Both the position numbers and the translations under genes were made by a program. From the NCBI RefSeq assembly GCF_963921235.1, contig NC_086107.1, forward strand, positions 116,748,001 to 116,812,000: DNA of 64,000 nucleotides, in the 5' to 3' direction. Shown piece by piece: positions 1 through 12,552 of this stretch. Under the pieces are notes generated by a model. It saw only the letters and a list, made by a program, of their open reading frames with translations, had not been told where the DNA came from and did no database searches. Origin of the DNA: Mobula hypostoma. Its lineage: Eukaryota. Numbering within the stretch: position 1 is the stretch's first letter; each line of letters opens with the position of its first letter.

Positions 1-405
1 GAGGGGGAAGATCTCATTGAAAAATGAGGGGAGATTTAATAAGAGGTATATAAAATTATGATGGGTATAGATAGAGTGAATGCAAGCAGGCTTTTTCCAC
101 TGAGGCAAGGGGAGAAAAAAACCAGAGGACATGGGTTAAGGGTGAGGGGGGAAAAGTTTACAGGGAACATTAGGGGGGGCTTCTTCACACAGAGAGTGGT
201 GGGAGTATGGAATGAGCTGCCAGACGAGGTGGTAAATGCAGGTTCTTTTTTAACACTTAAGAATAAATTGGACAGATACATGGATGGGAGGTGTATGGAG
301 GGATATGGTCCGTGTGCAGGTCAGTGGGACTAGGCAGAAAATGGTTTAGCACAGCCAAGAAGGGCCAAAAGGCCTGTTTCTGTGCTGTAGTTTCTATGGT
401 TTCTA
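1..405 (+). mobile_element. CR1 LINE 3' fragment
   Basis: ORF2 C-terminus TRGHGLRV...FFTQRVVGVWNELP and a TTTCTATGG-type tail. Confidence 0.9.
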
Positions 406-415
406 AAAGCAGAGG

Positions 416-947
416 GCACTTGGAGTACTGTGTCCAGTTCTGGTCGCCTCACTGTAGGAAGTATGTGAAAGCATTGGAAAGGGTACAGAGGAGATTTACC
501 AGGATGCTGCCTGGTTTAGAGCGTATGCATTATGATCAGAGATTAAGGGAGCTTGGGCTTTACTCTTTGCAGAGAAGGAGGATGAGAGGAGACATGATAG
601 ATGTGTACAAGATAATAAGAGGAATAGATAGAGTGGGTAGCCAGCGCCTCTTCCCCAGGGCACCACTGCTCAATACAAGAGGACAGGGCTTTAAGGTAAG
701 GGGTGGGAAGTTCAAGGGGGATATTAGAGGAAGGTTTTTTACTCAGAGAGTGGTTCGTGCGTGGAATGCACTGCCTGAGTCAGTGGTGGAGGCAGATACA
801 CTAGTGAAGTTTAAGAGACTACTAGACAGGTATATGGAGGAATTTAAGGTGGGAGGTTATATGGGAGGCAGGGTTTGAGGGTCGGCACAACATAGTGGGC
901 CGAAGGGCCTGTACTGTGATGTACTATTCTATGTTCTATGTTCTATG
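416..947 (+). mobile_element. CR1 LINE 3' fragment
   Basis: HLEYCVQFWSP...RRRMRGDMI...FFTQRVVRAWNALP followed by a (TTCTATG)n tail. Confidence 0.92.
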
Positions 948-1289
948 GATGTCTCCAGTAGTGGCATAGACTGTGATCCAATAGCACAGCATCAGTGAAA
1001 GGGACCTCATTTAGAAATGAGACAAGGAGGAATTTCCTCAGCTGTAAGGTGGTGATCAGTGGGATTCGTTGGCAAGGACAGCTGTGGAGGGCTGGTCATT
1101 GATGGTATTTAAGGCAGAGATTGATAGGTTCTTGATGGATAATGGGGGGAACAGAGAGGGTGGGAGAATGGGAATGGGTTAGAATGCATGAGCAGACAAT
1201 GGGCTGAATGGCCTCATTCTGCTCTGATATTGTGGATTACCAAGCCACTGGAAGGCCGAATGAAGGACTGAGGGAATGTCCTCTCCCCA

Positions 1290-1403
1290 TCAGCGGAGTT
1301 TGATCTCAAAGCAGATGCAGTTGGTGGTCTCACAGTCGGGCAGCTGGAAGGCACAGGCACAGTCACAGAGGGGGCAGCAAGGGCAGTTGCCCCGGCCACA
1401 GTC
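1290..1403 (-). CDS. Putative terminal coding exon of an unidentified Cys-rich protein (DCGRGNCPCCPLCDCACAFQLPDCETTNCICFEIKLR*)
   Basis: Polypyrimidine tract plus CAG acceptor at 1404-1406, open frame to TGA at 1290-1292, 10 Cys in 37 aa, non-repetitive DNA. Confidence 0.7.
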   Translation of the reverse strand, partial: DCGRGNCPCCPLCDCACAFQLPDCETTNCICFEIKLR

Positions 1404-2196
1404 CTGGGGAGGGAGGCAGAGAATGAAAAGTTACAGTAAGGAAATCTGCAGAGTGCTGCTGGGGAGACAAGGAGACGATGGGAGTGATGAAGTGGAGACG
1501 GAGACAGAAGATGACAGAGATGGTGAAACAAGGAAGAGACAGGACACGCGGGAAATGGGGTCAGGTGGGGATACGGGGGAGGGCAGGGAGATGAGGGGGA
1601 GACAGGAGTCGGGGTAAGAGGAGACAAGTAAAGACGAGAGATGGGATGTGACAGGGTGAGACAAGCAAGAGACAGGAGACAGATGGGTGAAGACAGTAGA
1701 TGGGGATGGGGGGTGATGAGGAAGAGACAGGGCACAGGATAAAGGGACAGACAGTGGGGAGACAGGAGATGGGGGGGAGTGGTACAGATTCACTGGTGGG
1801 AGGTGGGAGATGGGAAATGGGTGAAGGTGGGAGATTGGAGATGGGGAGACGGGAATTGGTGAGACAAGAGAGAGACAAAACACACCTTGAGAAAGGAGCA
1901 GGCAATCACGAGACATGGAGATGTTGCGGGGGTGTGGGCAAGGACAACACTGGGTGAAGGTGGAGAGATGGGAAATGGGGGTAAAGAGGGGAGATGGGAG
2001 ATGGGGAGAAAGATGCAGACGGTGGGGAGATGGGAGAAAGGGACAGACAGTGGGGAGATGGGAGAAAGATGCAGACGGTGGGGAGATGGGAGAAAGGGAC
2101 AGACAGTGGGGAGATGGGAGAAAGAGGCAGACGGTGGGGAGATGGGAGACAGGAGCCAGGGAAGATGTTCCGGGGATGGGTGTGGTGGAGACTTAC

Positions 2197-2328
2197 CAGT
2201 GACTGACGCGTTAGTCTGAGAGTGGGCAGATGGCAGTCACAACTCTGGGCCAGGGTCAGCAGACATTGGCCACACAGACCGTCCTCAACCAGACCCCCGC
2301 AGTCGCTCTCCCCACACAACCCTCATGC
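2197..2328 (-). CDS. Putative upstream exon of the same Cys-rich gene (..LCGESDCGGLVEDGLCGQCLLTLAQSCDCHLPTLRLTRQSL), with an in-frame TGA at codon 2
   Basis: CTAAC branch-like motif, ctctctgtAG acceptor, CTG|GTAAGT donor; phase 0 joins in frame to 1403; 6 Cys. Confidence 0.55.
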
Positions 2329-3083
2329 CTACAGAGAGGGGGTAGTGTTAGTGTGCAACCCCCCACTCCACCCCTCAATTATCCTTTAACGCACACCCAC
2401 TCTTAACCCATCTCCACCTTCAACTCCTCCACCAGCCCTCCTCTAACCCCTCTCAGCTCCACCCCACCCCTCCTCCTCTCCCATCACCCCTTAATCATCA
2501 CTACCACTCAATCAATCCATCCCCTCAACTCTCTACCTCCCTTCCTTCTCTTCATTCACCCTCCCTACCCTTCTCCAGCCGTCCAGCCCCCCACCCCTCT
2601 CCCTTCCCTCCTCCCCATCCTCCTTTCCTTTCCTGCTCTTCCCAACTTACTTCTCCTAACCCACTCTCATTCCCCACCCTGATCCACCCAATCCCTCAGT
2701 TAACCAGTCCGAACCAACCATAACTACTAGCCCACACTGCCATTAACCAGGGGTGAACCCCTGAGAACTGGGACAATTCTAGACCCAACATTGACTTGAT
2801 CAAAGCGATTAACTGGGCCAATCCATTGACTAGTGCTCACACACCATCAACCAGGATAATTCCTCAGTTAATAAAAGCAAGGATGCTGTAGGCCTTGTTT
2901 ACCACCCTGTCAAAGCTCCAGCAAGTAACTGTGGACTTGGACCCCAAGATCCCTTTGTACATCAACATCTCAGAGAATTTAATCTGGGCTTAGAAATTGC
3001 ACCAATGAAAGCACAAAGAAGGCATGCCAACTTCTTTACTTCAAGAGGATGTCCAGTTGTCATGAAACACACCAACATCACCA

Positions 3084-5850
3084 ATGCTGAGGTTGAGTAG
3101 GTCGAAAAGCTTCAAGTTGCCAGGAGTGAACATCACCAGCAGCCTGCCCTGGTCCACCTGTGCAGATACCGCGGCCAAGAAAGCTCATCAAATCCTCTAC
3201 TTCCTCAGGAGGGTACAGAAATTCAGCATGTCCCTGTCAACTATCTCCAATTTCTACAAATGCACCACAGAAAGAATACATAGAAACATAGAAAATAGGT
3301 GCAGGAGTCGGCCATTCGGCCCTTTGAGCCTGCACCGCCATTCAGTATGATCATGGCTGATCATCCAACTCAGAACCCTGTACCAGCCTTCTCTCCATAC
3401 CCCCTGATCCCTTTAGCCACAAGGGCCATATCTAACTCCCTCTTAAATATAGCCAATGAACTGGCCTCAACTGTTTCCTGTGGCAGAGAATTCCACAGAT
3501 TCACCACTCTCTGTGTGAAGAAGTTTTTCCTAATCTCGGTCCTAAAAAGCTTCCCCTTTATCCTCAAACTGTGACCCCTCGTTCTGGACTTCCCCAACAT
3601 CGGGATTTTATACGTTTCAATCAGATCCCCCCTCAATCTTCTAAATTCCAACGAGTACAAGCCCAGTTCATCCAGTCTTTCATCATATGAAAGTCCTGCC
3701 ATCCCAGGAATTAATCTGGTGAATCTTCTTTGTACTCCCTCTATGGCAAGAATGTCTTTCCTCAGATTAGGGAACCAAAACTGCACACAATACTCCAGGT
3801 GTGGTCTCACCAAGGCCTTGTACAACTGCAGTAGTACCTCCCTGCTCCTGTACTCGAATCCTCTCGCTATAAATGCCAGCATACCATTCGCCTTTTTCAC
3901 CGCCTGCTGTACCTGCATGCCCACTTTCAATGACTGGTGTATAATGACACCCAGGTCTCGTTGCACCTCCCCTTTTCCTAATTGGCCACCATTCAGATAA
4001 TAATCTGTTTTTGCCACCAAAGTGGATAACTTCACATTTATCCACATTAAATTGCATCTGCCATGAATTTGCCCACTCACCTAACCTATCCAAGTCAGCC
4101 TGCATTCTCTTAGCATCCTCCTCACAGCTAACACTGCCGCCCAGCTTCGTGTCATCCGCAAACTTGGAGATGCTGCATTTAATTCCCTCATCCAAGTCAT
4201 TAATATATATTGTAAACAACTGGGGTCCCAGCACTGAGCCTTGCGGTACCCCACTAGTCACTGCCTGCCATTCTGAAAAGGTCCCATTTATTCCCACTCT
4301 TTGCTTCCTGTCTGCCAACCAATTCTCTATCCACATCAATACCATACCCCCAATACCGTGTGCTTTAAGTTTGCACACTTATCTCCTGTGTGGGACCTTG
4401 TCAAAAGCCTTTTGAAAATCCAAATATACCACATCCACTGGTTCTCTCCTATCCACTCTACCAGTTACATCCTCAAAAAATTCTATGAGATTCGTCAGAC
4501 ATGATTTCCCTTTCACAAATCCATGCTGTCTTTGTCCGATGATTTCACCGCTTTCCAATTGTGCTGTTATCACATCTTTGATAACTGACTGTAGCAGTTT
4601 CCCCACCACCGATGTTAGGCTAACTGGTCTATAATTCCCTGGTTTCTCTCTCCCTCCTTTTTTAAAAAGTGGGGTTACATTAGCCACCCTCCAATCCTCA
4701 GGAACTAGTCCAGAATCTAAAGAGTTTTGAAAAATTATCACTAATACATCCACTATTTCTTGGGCTACTTCCTTAAGCACTCTGGGATGCAGACCATCTG
4801 GCCCTGGGGATTTATCTGCCTTTAATCCCTTCAATTTACCTAACATCACTTCCCTTCTAACATGTATTTCCCTCAGTTCCTCCATCTCACTGGACCCTCT
4901 GTCCCCTACTATTTCCGGAAGATTATTTATGTCCTCGTTAATGAAGACAGAACCAAAGTAATTATTCAATTGGTCTGCCATGTCCTTGCTCCCCATAATC
5001 AATTCACCTGTTTCTGTCTGTAGGGGACCTTCATTTGTCTTAACCAATCTTTTTCTTTTCACATATCTATAAAAGCTTTTACAGTCAGTTTTTATGTTCC
5101 CTGCCAGTTTTCTCTCATAATCTTTTTTCCCCTTCCTAATTAAGCCCTTTGTCCTCCTCTGCTGAACTCTGAATTTCTCCCAGTCCTCAGGTGAGCCACT
5201 TTTTCTGGCTAATTTGTATGCTTTTTCTTTGGAATTGATACTATCCCTAATTTCCCTTGTCAGCCACGGGTGCACTACCTTCCTTGATTTATTCTTTTGC
5301 CAAACTGGGATGAACAATTGTTTTAGTTCATCCATGCGATCTTTAAATGCTTGCCATTGCATATCCACCGTCAACCCTTTAAGTGTCATTTGCCTGATCC
5401 ATCAGGGCTCAGTACAGCAACTGCTCTGCCTGTGACCACAAGAAGGAGAGTTGTGGACACAGCTCAGTTGTCTCCCCTCCACGGACTCTGTCTACACTTC
5501 TCACTGCCTCAGTAAATCAGCCAGCATAAGCCAAGACCTACCCATCCTGGACATTCTCCCTTCTCTCCTCTCCCATTAGACAGAAGATACAAAAACCTGA
5601 GAGCACGTACCACCAGGCTGAAGGACAGCTCCTAACTGCTGTTAAAAGAATATTGATCTCACAATCTAGCTCTTGCATTATACTGTCTGCCTGCACCACA
5701 CTCTCTGTGTAACTGTTCCACTCTACTCTCAATTCTGTTATTGCTTTACCTTGTTCTACCACAATGCACTGGTGTGATGATCTGATCCGTATGAACAGTA
5801 TTTGAGACAAGTTTTTCACTGTAGCTCAGTATGTGTAATGATAATAAACC
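3084..5850 (+). mobile_element. Degraded Rex1/Babar-type LINE (3084-3276 and about 5390-5850) split by a CR1 insertion
   Basis: FKLPGVNITSSLPWS...AKKAHQILYFLRR...NFYKCT stops at 3277; similar sequence resumes after 5390. Confidence 0.7.
3278..5389 (-). mobile_element. CR1 LINE, 5'-truncated ORF2 with RT domain, frameshifted
   Basis: ORFs 4379-5389, 3767-4378 and 3370-4080 give [53 protein letters not shown]; (TTCTATGT) tail at about 3278-3296. Confidence 0.95.
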
Positions 5851-6526
5851 AATTCCAGTACAAGATTCTACAGCACAATTTACAGTTGTCCTGTTGGAAG
5901 TGTTCGGACTGGTTGCATCATGGTCTGGTACAGCAATTTGAACGCACAGGAATGTAAGAAGCTGCAGAGAGTAGTGGACTCAGCCCAACATGTCACCGAC
6001 ATATCCCATCCCACTATCAACAAGAGGAGTTGCTGCAAGTCCATCAAAGATCCCCACCGTCTTACAGGTCATACCATCTTCTCACAGCTCCCATTGGGCA
6101 GGAGACATAGAAGCCCACCTCACTAGGTTCACGAATAGTGACTTCCTTTCAACATTTCAGCTCTTGAACCAACTCTCAGCACAGCAACACCATTAATCAC
6201 TTTGTGCTACAATGGACTTTTATTTGGCTTGTGGTCTTTCTTGTAAAAATTGTGAAAAATTAATATTGAATTAACATTTTCCTATGAATGCTGTGACACT
6301 GCTACAAGTAAGTTTTTCATTGCACCTATGCACATAGACCTGGGCATCTGACAACAAACTCCAGTTTGACTTCGACTTTCACTTTCTTTATCCCCACCCC
6401 CTGAACCTCCTTCCCTCCTCTCCCTTTCTTCCTCCCTCTCTCCATTTGCAAATTTTCCAGTAACATCTCTGCAATTTTTCTCTCCACTCTCAGTTTTATT
6501 GATAAGCTTTCCTGCAGGTAGGTGGC

Positions 6527-6695
6527 CAGAGGATGCAGAATGCTGGAGGAGTCAAGCAGGGCAGGCAGCATCGATGGAAGAGAGTCAACAGTTTACGTTT
6601 CATGCTGTGACTCTTCATCAGGCCTGCCCTGCTGAGCTCCTCCAGCATTTTGTTTGTGCTGTTTTGGATTTCCAGCATCTGCAGAATTTGTTTGC
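6527..6695. mobile_element. Penelope-like terminal fragment with inverted arms and hammerhead-like core
   Basis: AATGCTGGAGGAG...CTCCTCCAGCATT arms; the minus strand at 6589-6623 reads CTGATGA...GAAACGTA. Confidence 0.65.
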
Positions 6696-7539
6696 GTTTG
6701 TGACAATACACCAAATTCAGCATCAGTAACAGCTTGTACAACTTCAACATAACATCCCATCTCCTGTAGTCAGTACTTTGATTTATGAAGGTCTATGTGG
6801 CAAAAGCTTTCTTTACGACCCTACCTACCGGTGAAGTCACTTTCAATGAATAATGCACCAGTATTCCCAGACCCTTTTGTTCCACCACACTCCTCAGTGC
6901 CCTACTTACTGTCTAAGTCCTACACTGGTTTGCCCCCCCCCCCCAATACTGATAACTTACAGAATTTTTTAATGTGTTGCACTGTACTGCTGCCACAAAA
7001 CAACAAATTTCAAGACAATTATCAGTGATAATAAACTGATTCTAAGTTCCAATAAAATAATAAACATGATTAGGTCAGAGAGTGAGGTCATGTTCATGGA
7101 CTCAATGTCCATTAAGAAATCTAATGGACCAGGAGAAGAAGATGTTCCTGAATCACTGAGTGTGGGGTCTACATCCTCCCAGTTAAAAAGGAAAGAGGGC
7201 ATGGGGATGTCACCAATGGGACACTGCCTGTTGAAGGTGTCCTCAGTGCTGGGGAGACTGTTGCCCATGATGGAGCTGCCTGTCTGCAGCTTTTTCCGAT
7301 CCTGTGAATTGGAGCCTCCATACCAGACGGTGATACAAACAGCTCTCTGGAGTGGCAGTGGGAGAGAAAGCAGAGAGTGAGGAAAGAGGAGGAACACAGG
7401 AAAGGAGACAGTGTAGGAAAGAGAACGATGAGGAGGAGGGTAGGGAGAGAGGGAAGGAGTGATTAAGGAGGGGCTTGGTTGGGAGAGGGGTTGAGGGAGA
7501 AGTGGAGGGGTGAGGTTCAGGGGGACGGGACAATGTGGG

Positions 7540-7910
7540 ACCAAAGACTCCTGCAACATCCGCCCAATGGCATTAGCAAGAGAGGGAGACACCAGTTTGT
7601 TGTCCGCTCTCGGGTCTCTGCTTAATCTGGCATTGTTTTCTGCTGTCGCGCATCACTGCAATCTCCGCCCCCAGTTACGGTTGTACCTGCCAAGTTCGCC
7701 AAATCCTTCAGATCAAAATCCCCAGTTCGTTTGCTTTAAAAGTACATGTCTTAAAGAGAATTAAAGGGTGCAGGGTGCAGTGACTGTAGTTCAGAAGGAT
7801 ATGTAGCAAGTACCTGGTAGCTCCGTGAGCAGCCCGCCCAATGTCACCGTTTGTTGTCAGTGCCGTCTTTTACGGACGTTCGTTCGTTTTGTGCCGTGTC
7901 TTTCTAGGGC
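7540..7910. promoter_or_regulatory. Candidate CpG-enriched promoter
   Basis: Unique, locally CpG-rich sequence with two CCGCCCAAT motifs (about 7560 and 7835), a GC box CTCCGCCCC (about 7663) and MYB-like CAGTTA/CGGTTG (about 7672-7683). Confidence 0.45.
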
Positions 7911-7959
7911 CAGGGCACAGTTAACGATAGGACCGTCAACAGTATTGACGTACAGATGG

Positions 7960-9630
7960 ATCCTGAAAATGGCCGCACGGGTTGACAGGCATACTTTATT
8001 AGTCGAGGCACCGAGTTCAAAAGTCAGCAAGTTATGTTGCAGCTTTTAAAAACTCTAGTCAGGCCACATCTGGGGCATTGAATTCAGTTCTGGTCGCCCT
8101 ATTACAGGAAGGGTGTGGGGTTTTCGAGAACATGCTGCCTGGATTACAAGGCATGAGCTGTAAGCAGAGGCTGGACAAACTTGGTTGGTTTTCTCTGGAG
8201 CAGCGGATGCTGAGGGGAGATCTGATTGAGGTTTATAAGATCACGAGAGGCACAGATAGAGAACTGGTATCTTTATCCCCAGACTGGAAAGGTCTAAAGC
8301 AGAGGGCATACATAAGATGTGTGTCTGTGGGGGATAAGTTCAAAGGAGATGCCTGGGATAAGTTTATTTTTTTTTACATAGGAGGTCGAGGGTTCAAGAG
8401 GCTGTTAAACACATGGATGTGGAGGGATAGATAGTTATAGACTGTGTAGATAGTGTCTACACGGTAAACGGAAAGGATTAGTTTTGTAAGCTGTTTACTT
8501 AATAGTTTAATGAGTTTGTCACAATATGATGAGCGGAAAGGCCTATTCCTCTCTGCGTTTTGTGTAAGTGAGAGGTAACGGAGAGGATAGTGATGAAAAC
8601 ATTTGATGCCCTTGACTTTTGTAAACTGAGACAGTACAGAAGTTGGGATGTCACTTTGTAGCTGTATACAACATTGGTTGGACCACACTTAAAGAATATT
8701 GTGTACAGTTCTGCTCGCTCCATTACAGGAAGGATGTGGTAGCAACCAAGAGGGTGTAGAATATGTTGTATTAAATGGAAATGTATAATCATAAAACAGA
8801 TCTGTAGTTTCCCACAGAAGGCAGAAGGTGGAGGTTGGTGGTAGATCAAGAGTATTCTGCCCGGAGGTTAGTGACCAGTGGTGTTCCAGTGTCTGTTTCG
8901 AGACCACTGCCCTTTGTGACTTAGAAATGATTTGTATGAGCAAGTGGAAGGGTGGATTAGTAAATCTGCAGATAGCACAAAGGTTGGTGGTGTTGTAGAG
9001 TGTATAATGCTGTCATACGTTACAACAGAACATAGATTTGATGCAGAGCTGGGCTGAGATGAGGTAAATGGAGTTCAATACAGAAAAGTGTGATATGATA
9101 CAGCCTGGAAGGTCGAACTTGAATCCCAGCAGTGTGGAATAACAGAGGGATCTTGAGAACAGCCATAGATCCTTCAAAATTGTTGCACAAGTTGATAGCA
9201 TGGTTAAGATGTAACAGTCTGGGAATGGAGTTGAAAAGCCACAAGGTAATGATGCAGCTCTTTAAAATGCTTGTTAGACCATACTTGGAAGATTGTGTTC
9301 AGTTCTGGTCAGATTATAGGAAGGATGATGAAGCGTTAAGAGAAGGTGCAGAGATTTACCAGGATTACAGAGCATGTCATGAGGAAAGATTGAGCAAGAT
9401 AGGGCTTTTCTCTTTGGAGCAAAGGAGGATGAGAAGAGAATTGATAGAGGTATACAAGATAATGAGGGAGAGGGAGAGGGAGAGGGAGAGAGAGAAAGAA
9501 AAAACAGTCTGCACATTTTTCTCAGGGCGGCAATGGCCAAAATAAGAGGACACTTTTAAGGCAATTGAAGCAGAGGTAGAGGGAGATCCTTGGAGACATT
9601 TAGGCTACTCTGAGAAAGACACATGGATAG
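7960..9630 (+). mobile_element. Degraded CR1 fragments
   Basis: LGWFSLEQRMLRGDLIEVYK, LVRPYLEDCVQFWS and similar remnants with many stops. Confidence 0.8.
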
Positions 9631-11024
9631 TAGCAAACAAGAGGAAATCTGCAGACGCTAGAAATTCAAGCGACACCCACAAAATGCTGGTGGAACGCAG
9701 CATCTATAGGAAGAGGTACACCAGCATTTTGTGTGTGTTGGATTATAGGAAAATGGAGGGCTAGGTGGGAAAATTCAAAAGGGTGAAGAATGCAGGACTG
9801 AAGGAGCTGTATTTAAATGTGTGGAGCATTTGCAATAAGGTGGATGAACTCGTGGTGTAATTACAGATTAGTCGTTATGACGTTATGGGCATCACTAAGT
9901 CGTGGTTGAAATAAGGCCACAGTTGGGGGCTTAACATTAAAGGATATATTTAAGGTGGAAGCTGACCGCTTCCTGATTGGTCAGGGCATCAAAGGATATT
10001 GTGAGAAGGCAGGTATATGGGGTTGAGTGTGATCTGGTATCAGCCATGAGCAGAGCAGACTCGATAAGCTAAATGGCTTAATTCCATTCCTATGACATGG
10101 AGGGAAGGGTTAGATTGATCTAGTAGTTTAAAAGGTCAGTACACCCTGGACCAAAGGGCCTGTGCAGAGTGGGTCTTTAATCTCTTGTATGTCCTCCTGA
10201 TAGTAGTAACGAGAAGAGGATACAGTGTGTCCCAGATGGTGAGGGTCCTTAGTGACTGACATTGCCTGTCTTGGAGACGTCCTCGATAATGGGGAGGATT
10301 TTGCCTGTGATGGAACTGGAACTTGGCTGAGTTTTCAACCCTCTGCAGCCTGCTGTAATCCTGGGCATTGGGAACTCCAGACCAGGTAGTGACACAACCA
10401 GTCGGGATGCTCTCCACTGTACATCGTAGAAATTTGTAAGAGTCTTTGGTGACATCACAAATCTCAAACTCCTAATAAATTAGAGCCACCAGCATGTTCT
10501 CTGAGATGCTGACATCCAGGAACTTGAAACTGCTCACCCTTTCCACTGCCCACCTTTCAACGAGCACTGGTGTGTGTACTTCCAACTTCCCTATGCTTGA
10601 ACAGCTCTGAGCTCAAAGCTGGAAAGTTGGCACTTATAAGAAGTCATGACTTCTTTTTTGAGGCTGCAGTACAGTATAATTCAAGGAATTGAGATGTTGA
10701 AGAACCAGAGTTGTCATTGTGAAATGCTGTTCCTGTTTCTGACTTTCCCTCTCATGTAATGTTAACTGAGGCAACCTCCTGCATATTTCTTTCTGAGAGT
10801 TCCAGGGCTTGTTGCACAGTCACGCAGCAGGTAAACAGGCCATGCCCGTCTGGATCCCTATCTGAGCCAGTCCCATTTGCCTGCATTTGTCCACTATCCA
10901 TCTATATCTTTTCTGTCCATGTACTGTACCTGTCCAACTGTCCTTTAAATGTTGTTAATGTACCTGCCTCGATCACTTCCTCCAGCAGCCCATTCCATTT
11001 ATGGACCACCCTCTGGCTCAGATT

Positions 11025-11615
11025 ATAATCAACAAGCTCCAGAACTTGGGCCTCTATACCCTGCCTCTGCAACTGGATCCTTGACTTCCTCACTGGGAGG
11101 CCAGAGTCTGTGCAGATCAGTAATAACACCTCCTTGGTGACAATCAACACTGTGCAACTCAAGGGTGTGTGCTTAGCCCACTGCTCTACTCTCTTTACAC
11201 CGACAGAGTGGCTAAACACAGCTCAAAAAACATCTATACCTTTGCCGATGACAACTATTGTTGACAGAATTTCAGATAGGTGGAGTGAGACAGATCAGCT
11301 GGTTGAGCGGTATTGCAACAATAACTTTGCTCTCAATGTCAGTAAGATCAAGGAACTGATTATGAACTTCAGGAAGGGGAAGTTAAGGGAACACACACTA
11401 GTTCTCATCGATGGTAGTTTCAGGAACAGTTTCTTCCCCTCTGCCATCAGATTTCAGGGAACCCATGGACACAACCTCACTATTTTACTCTGTTTTTGCA
11501 CTATTTATTTAATATTTCTTGTTGTTACATTGTAATTATTTAAATGTATTGCATTGTGCTGCTGCAAAAAACAACAAATTTCACCATGTCAGTGGTAATA
11601 AACCTGATTCTGATT
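11025..11615 (+). mobile_element. Degraded Rex1/Babar LINE fragment
   Basis: ALNVSKIKELIMNFRK, FRNSFFPSAIR and an AATAAACCTGATTCTGATT tail. Confidence 0.75.
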
Positions 11616-12552
11616 AACAGTACTGCAAGCGCAGTCACACCAACAACTGCAACATGACGTCCCAACTCCTGTATCCAGAGTCCTGACTGATGAAGGCTAA
11701 TGTGCCAAACACCTTCTTTACCGTCCTTTCAGGGGACCTTGTATCTGCATTCCTAGGTCCCTCTGTTCTACAACATTTCCCAGGGTCCTGCCATTCACAA
11801 AGAAAGCACTACTTTGGTTTGTCTTCCCAAAGTTAATACCTCACACTTGCTGGAATTAAGTTTCATTTGCCATTTCTTGGACCACTTTTCCAGCTGATCC
11901 AAGATCCCTCTATAAATCCTGATAACCTTCTCCAATGTGGATGACACCAACTATTTGAGCGTCATTCTCAAACTTTCTATGGTGCATCTGTCAAAAACTG
12001 CCCCTTTAAATCTCTTCCTTCTTATCTTAATCCTCTGCCCTCTATCTTTAGTCTCTCCCACTCTGGGAGAGAACGACTATGACCATTCCCCTTAACTAAA
12101 TCTCTCGTGCTTTTATAAACCTTGTCAGGTAATCCTTCATTCCAAGGAAAACAGTCCTAGATTACCCAGTCTCTCAATCATAGAGCACTATAATACAGAA
12201 ATAGACCCTTCAACTTATCTAGTCCACGATAAACTGTTATTCTGTCTTGTCCCATCAACCTGCACACCATAAGCCTTCCTCACCCTCCCATTCATGTACC
12301 TATCCAAACTTCCCTTATATGTTGCAATTGAACCCACATCCACCATTTGTACCGGCAACTCATAACACACTCCCACTACCCTCTGAGTGATGAAGTTCTC
12401 CCTCATGTTCCTCTTAAACATTTCACACTTCACCCTTAACCTCTACTTGTAGTTTCATCCAACCTCAGTGGAAAAAGCCTGCTTCAATTTACCCTACCTA
12501 TACCCCTCATAAATTTTGTACATCTCTTATCAAATCTCCCCTCATTCTCCTG

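Noticed and set aside
3370..5389. Active autonomous LINE or domesticated reverse transcriptase
   Set aside because: It is 5'-truncated with frameshifts near 4379 and 4000 and a deletion near 3600; no element in the window has a full intact ORF2.
7960..7985. YY1 motif AAAATGGCCGC as part of the 7.5-7.9 kb promoter
   Set aside because: It falls at the start of a CR1 remnant (LKMAARVDR), so a chance origin is likely.
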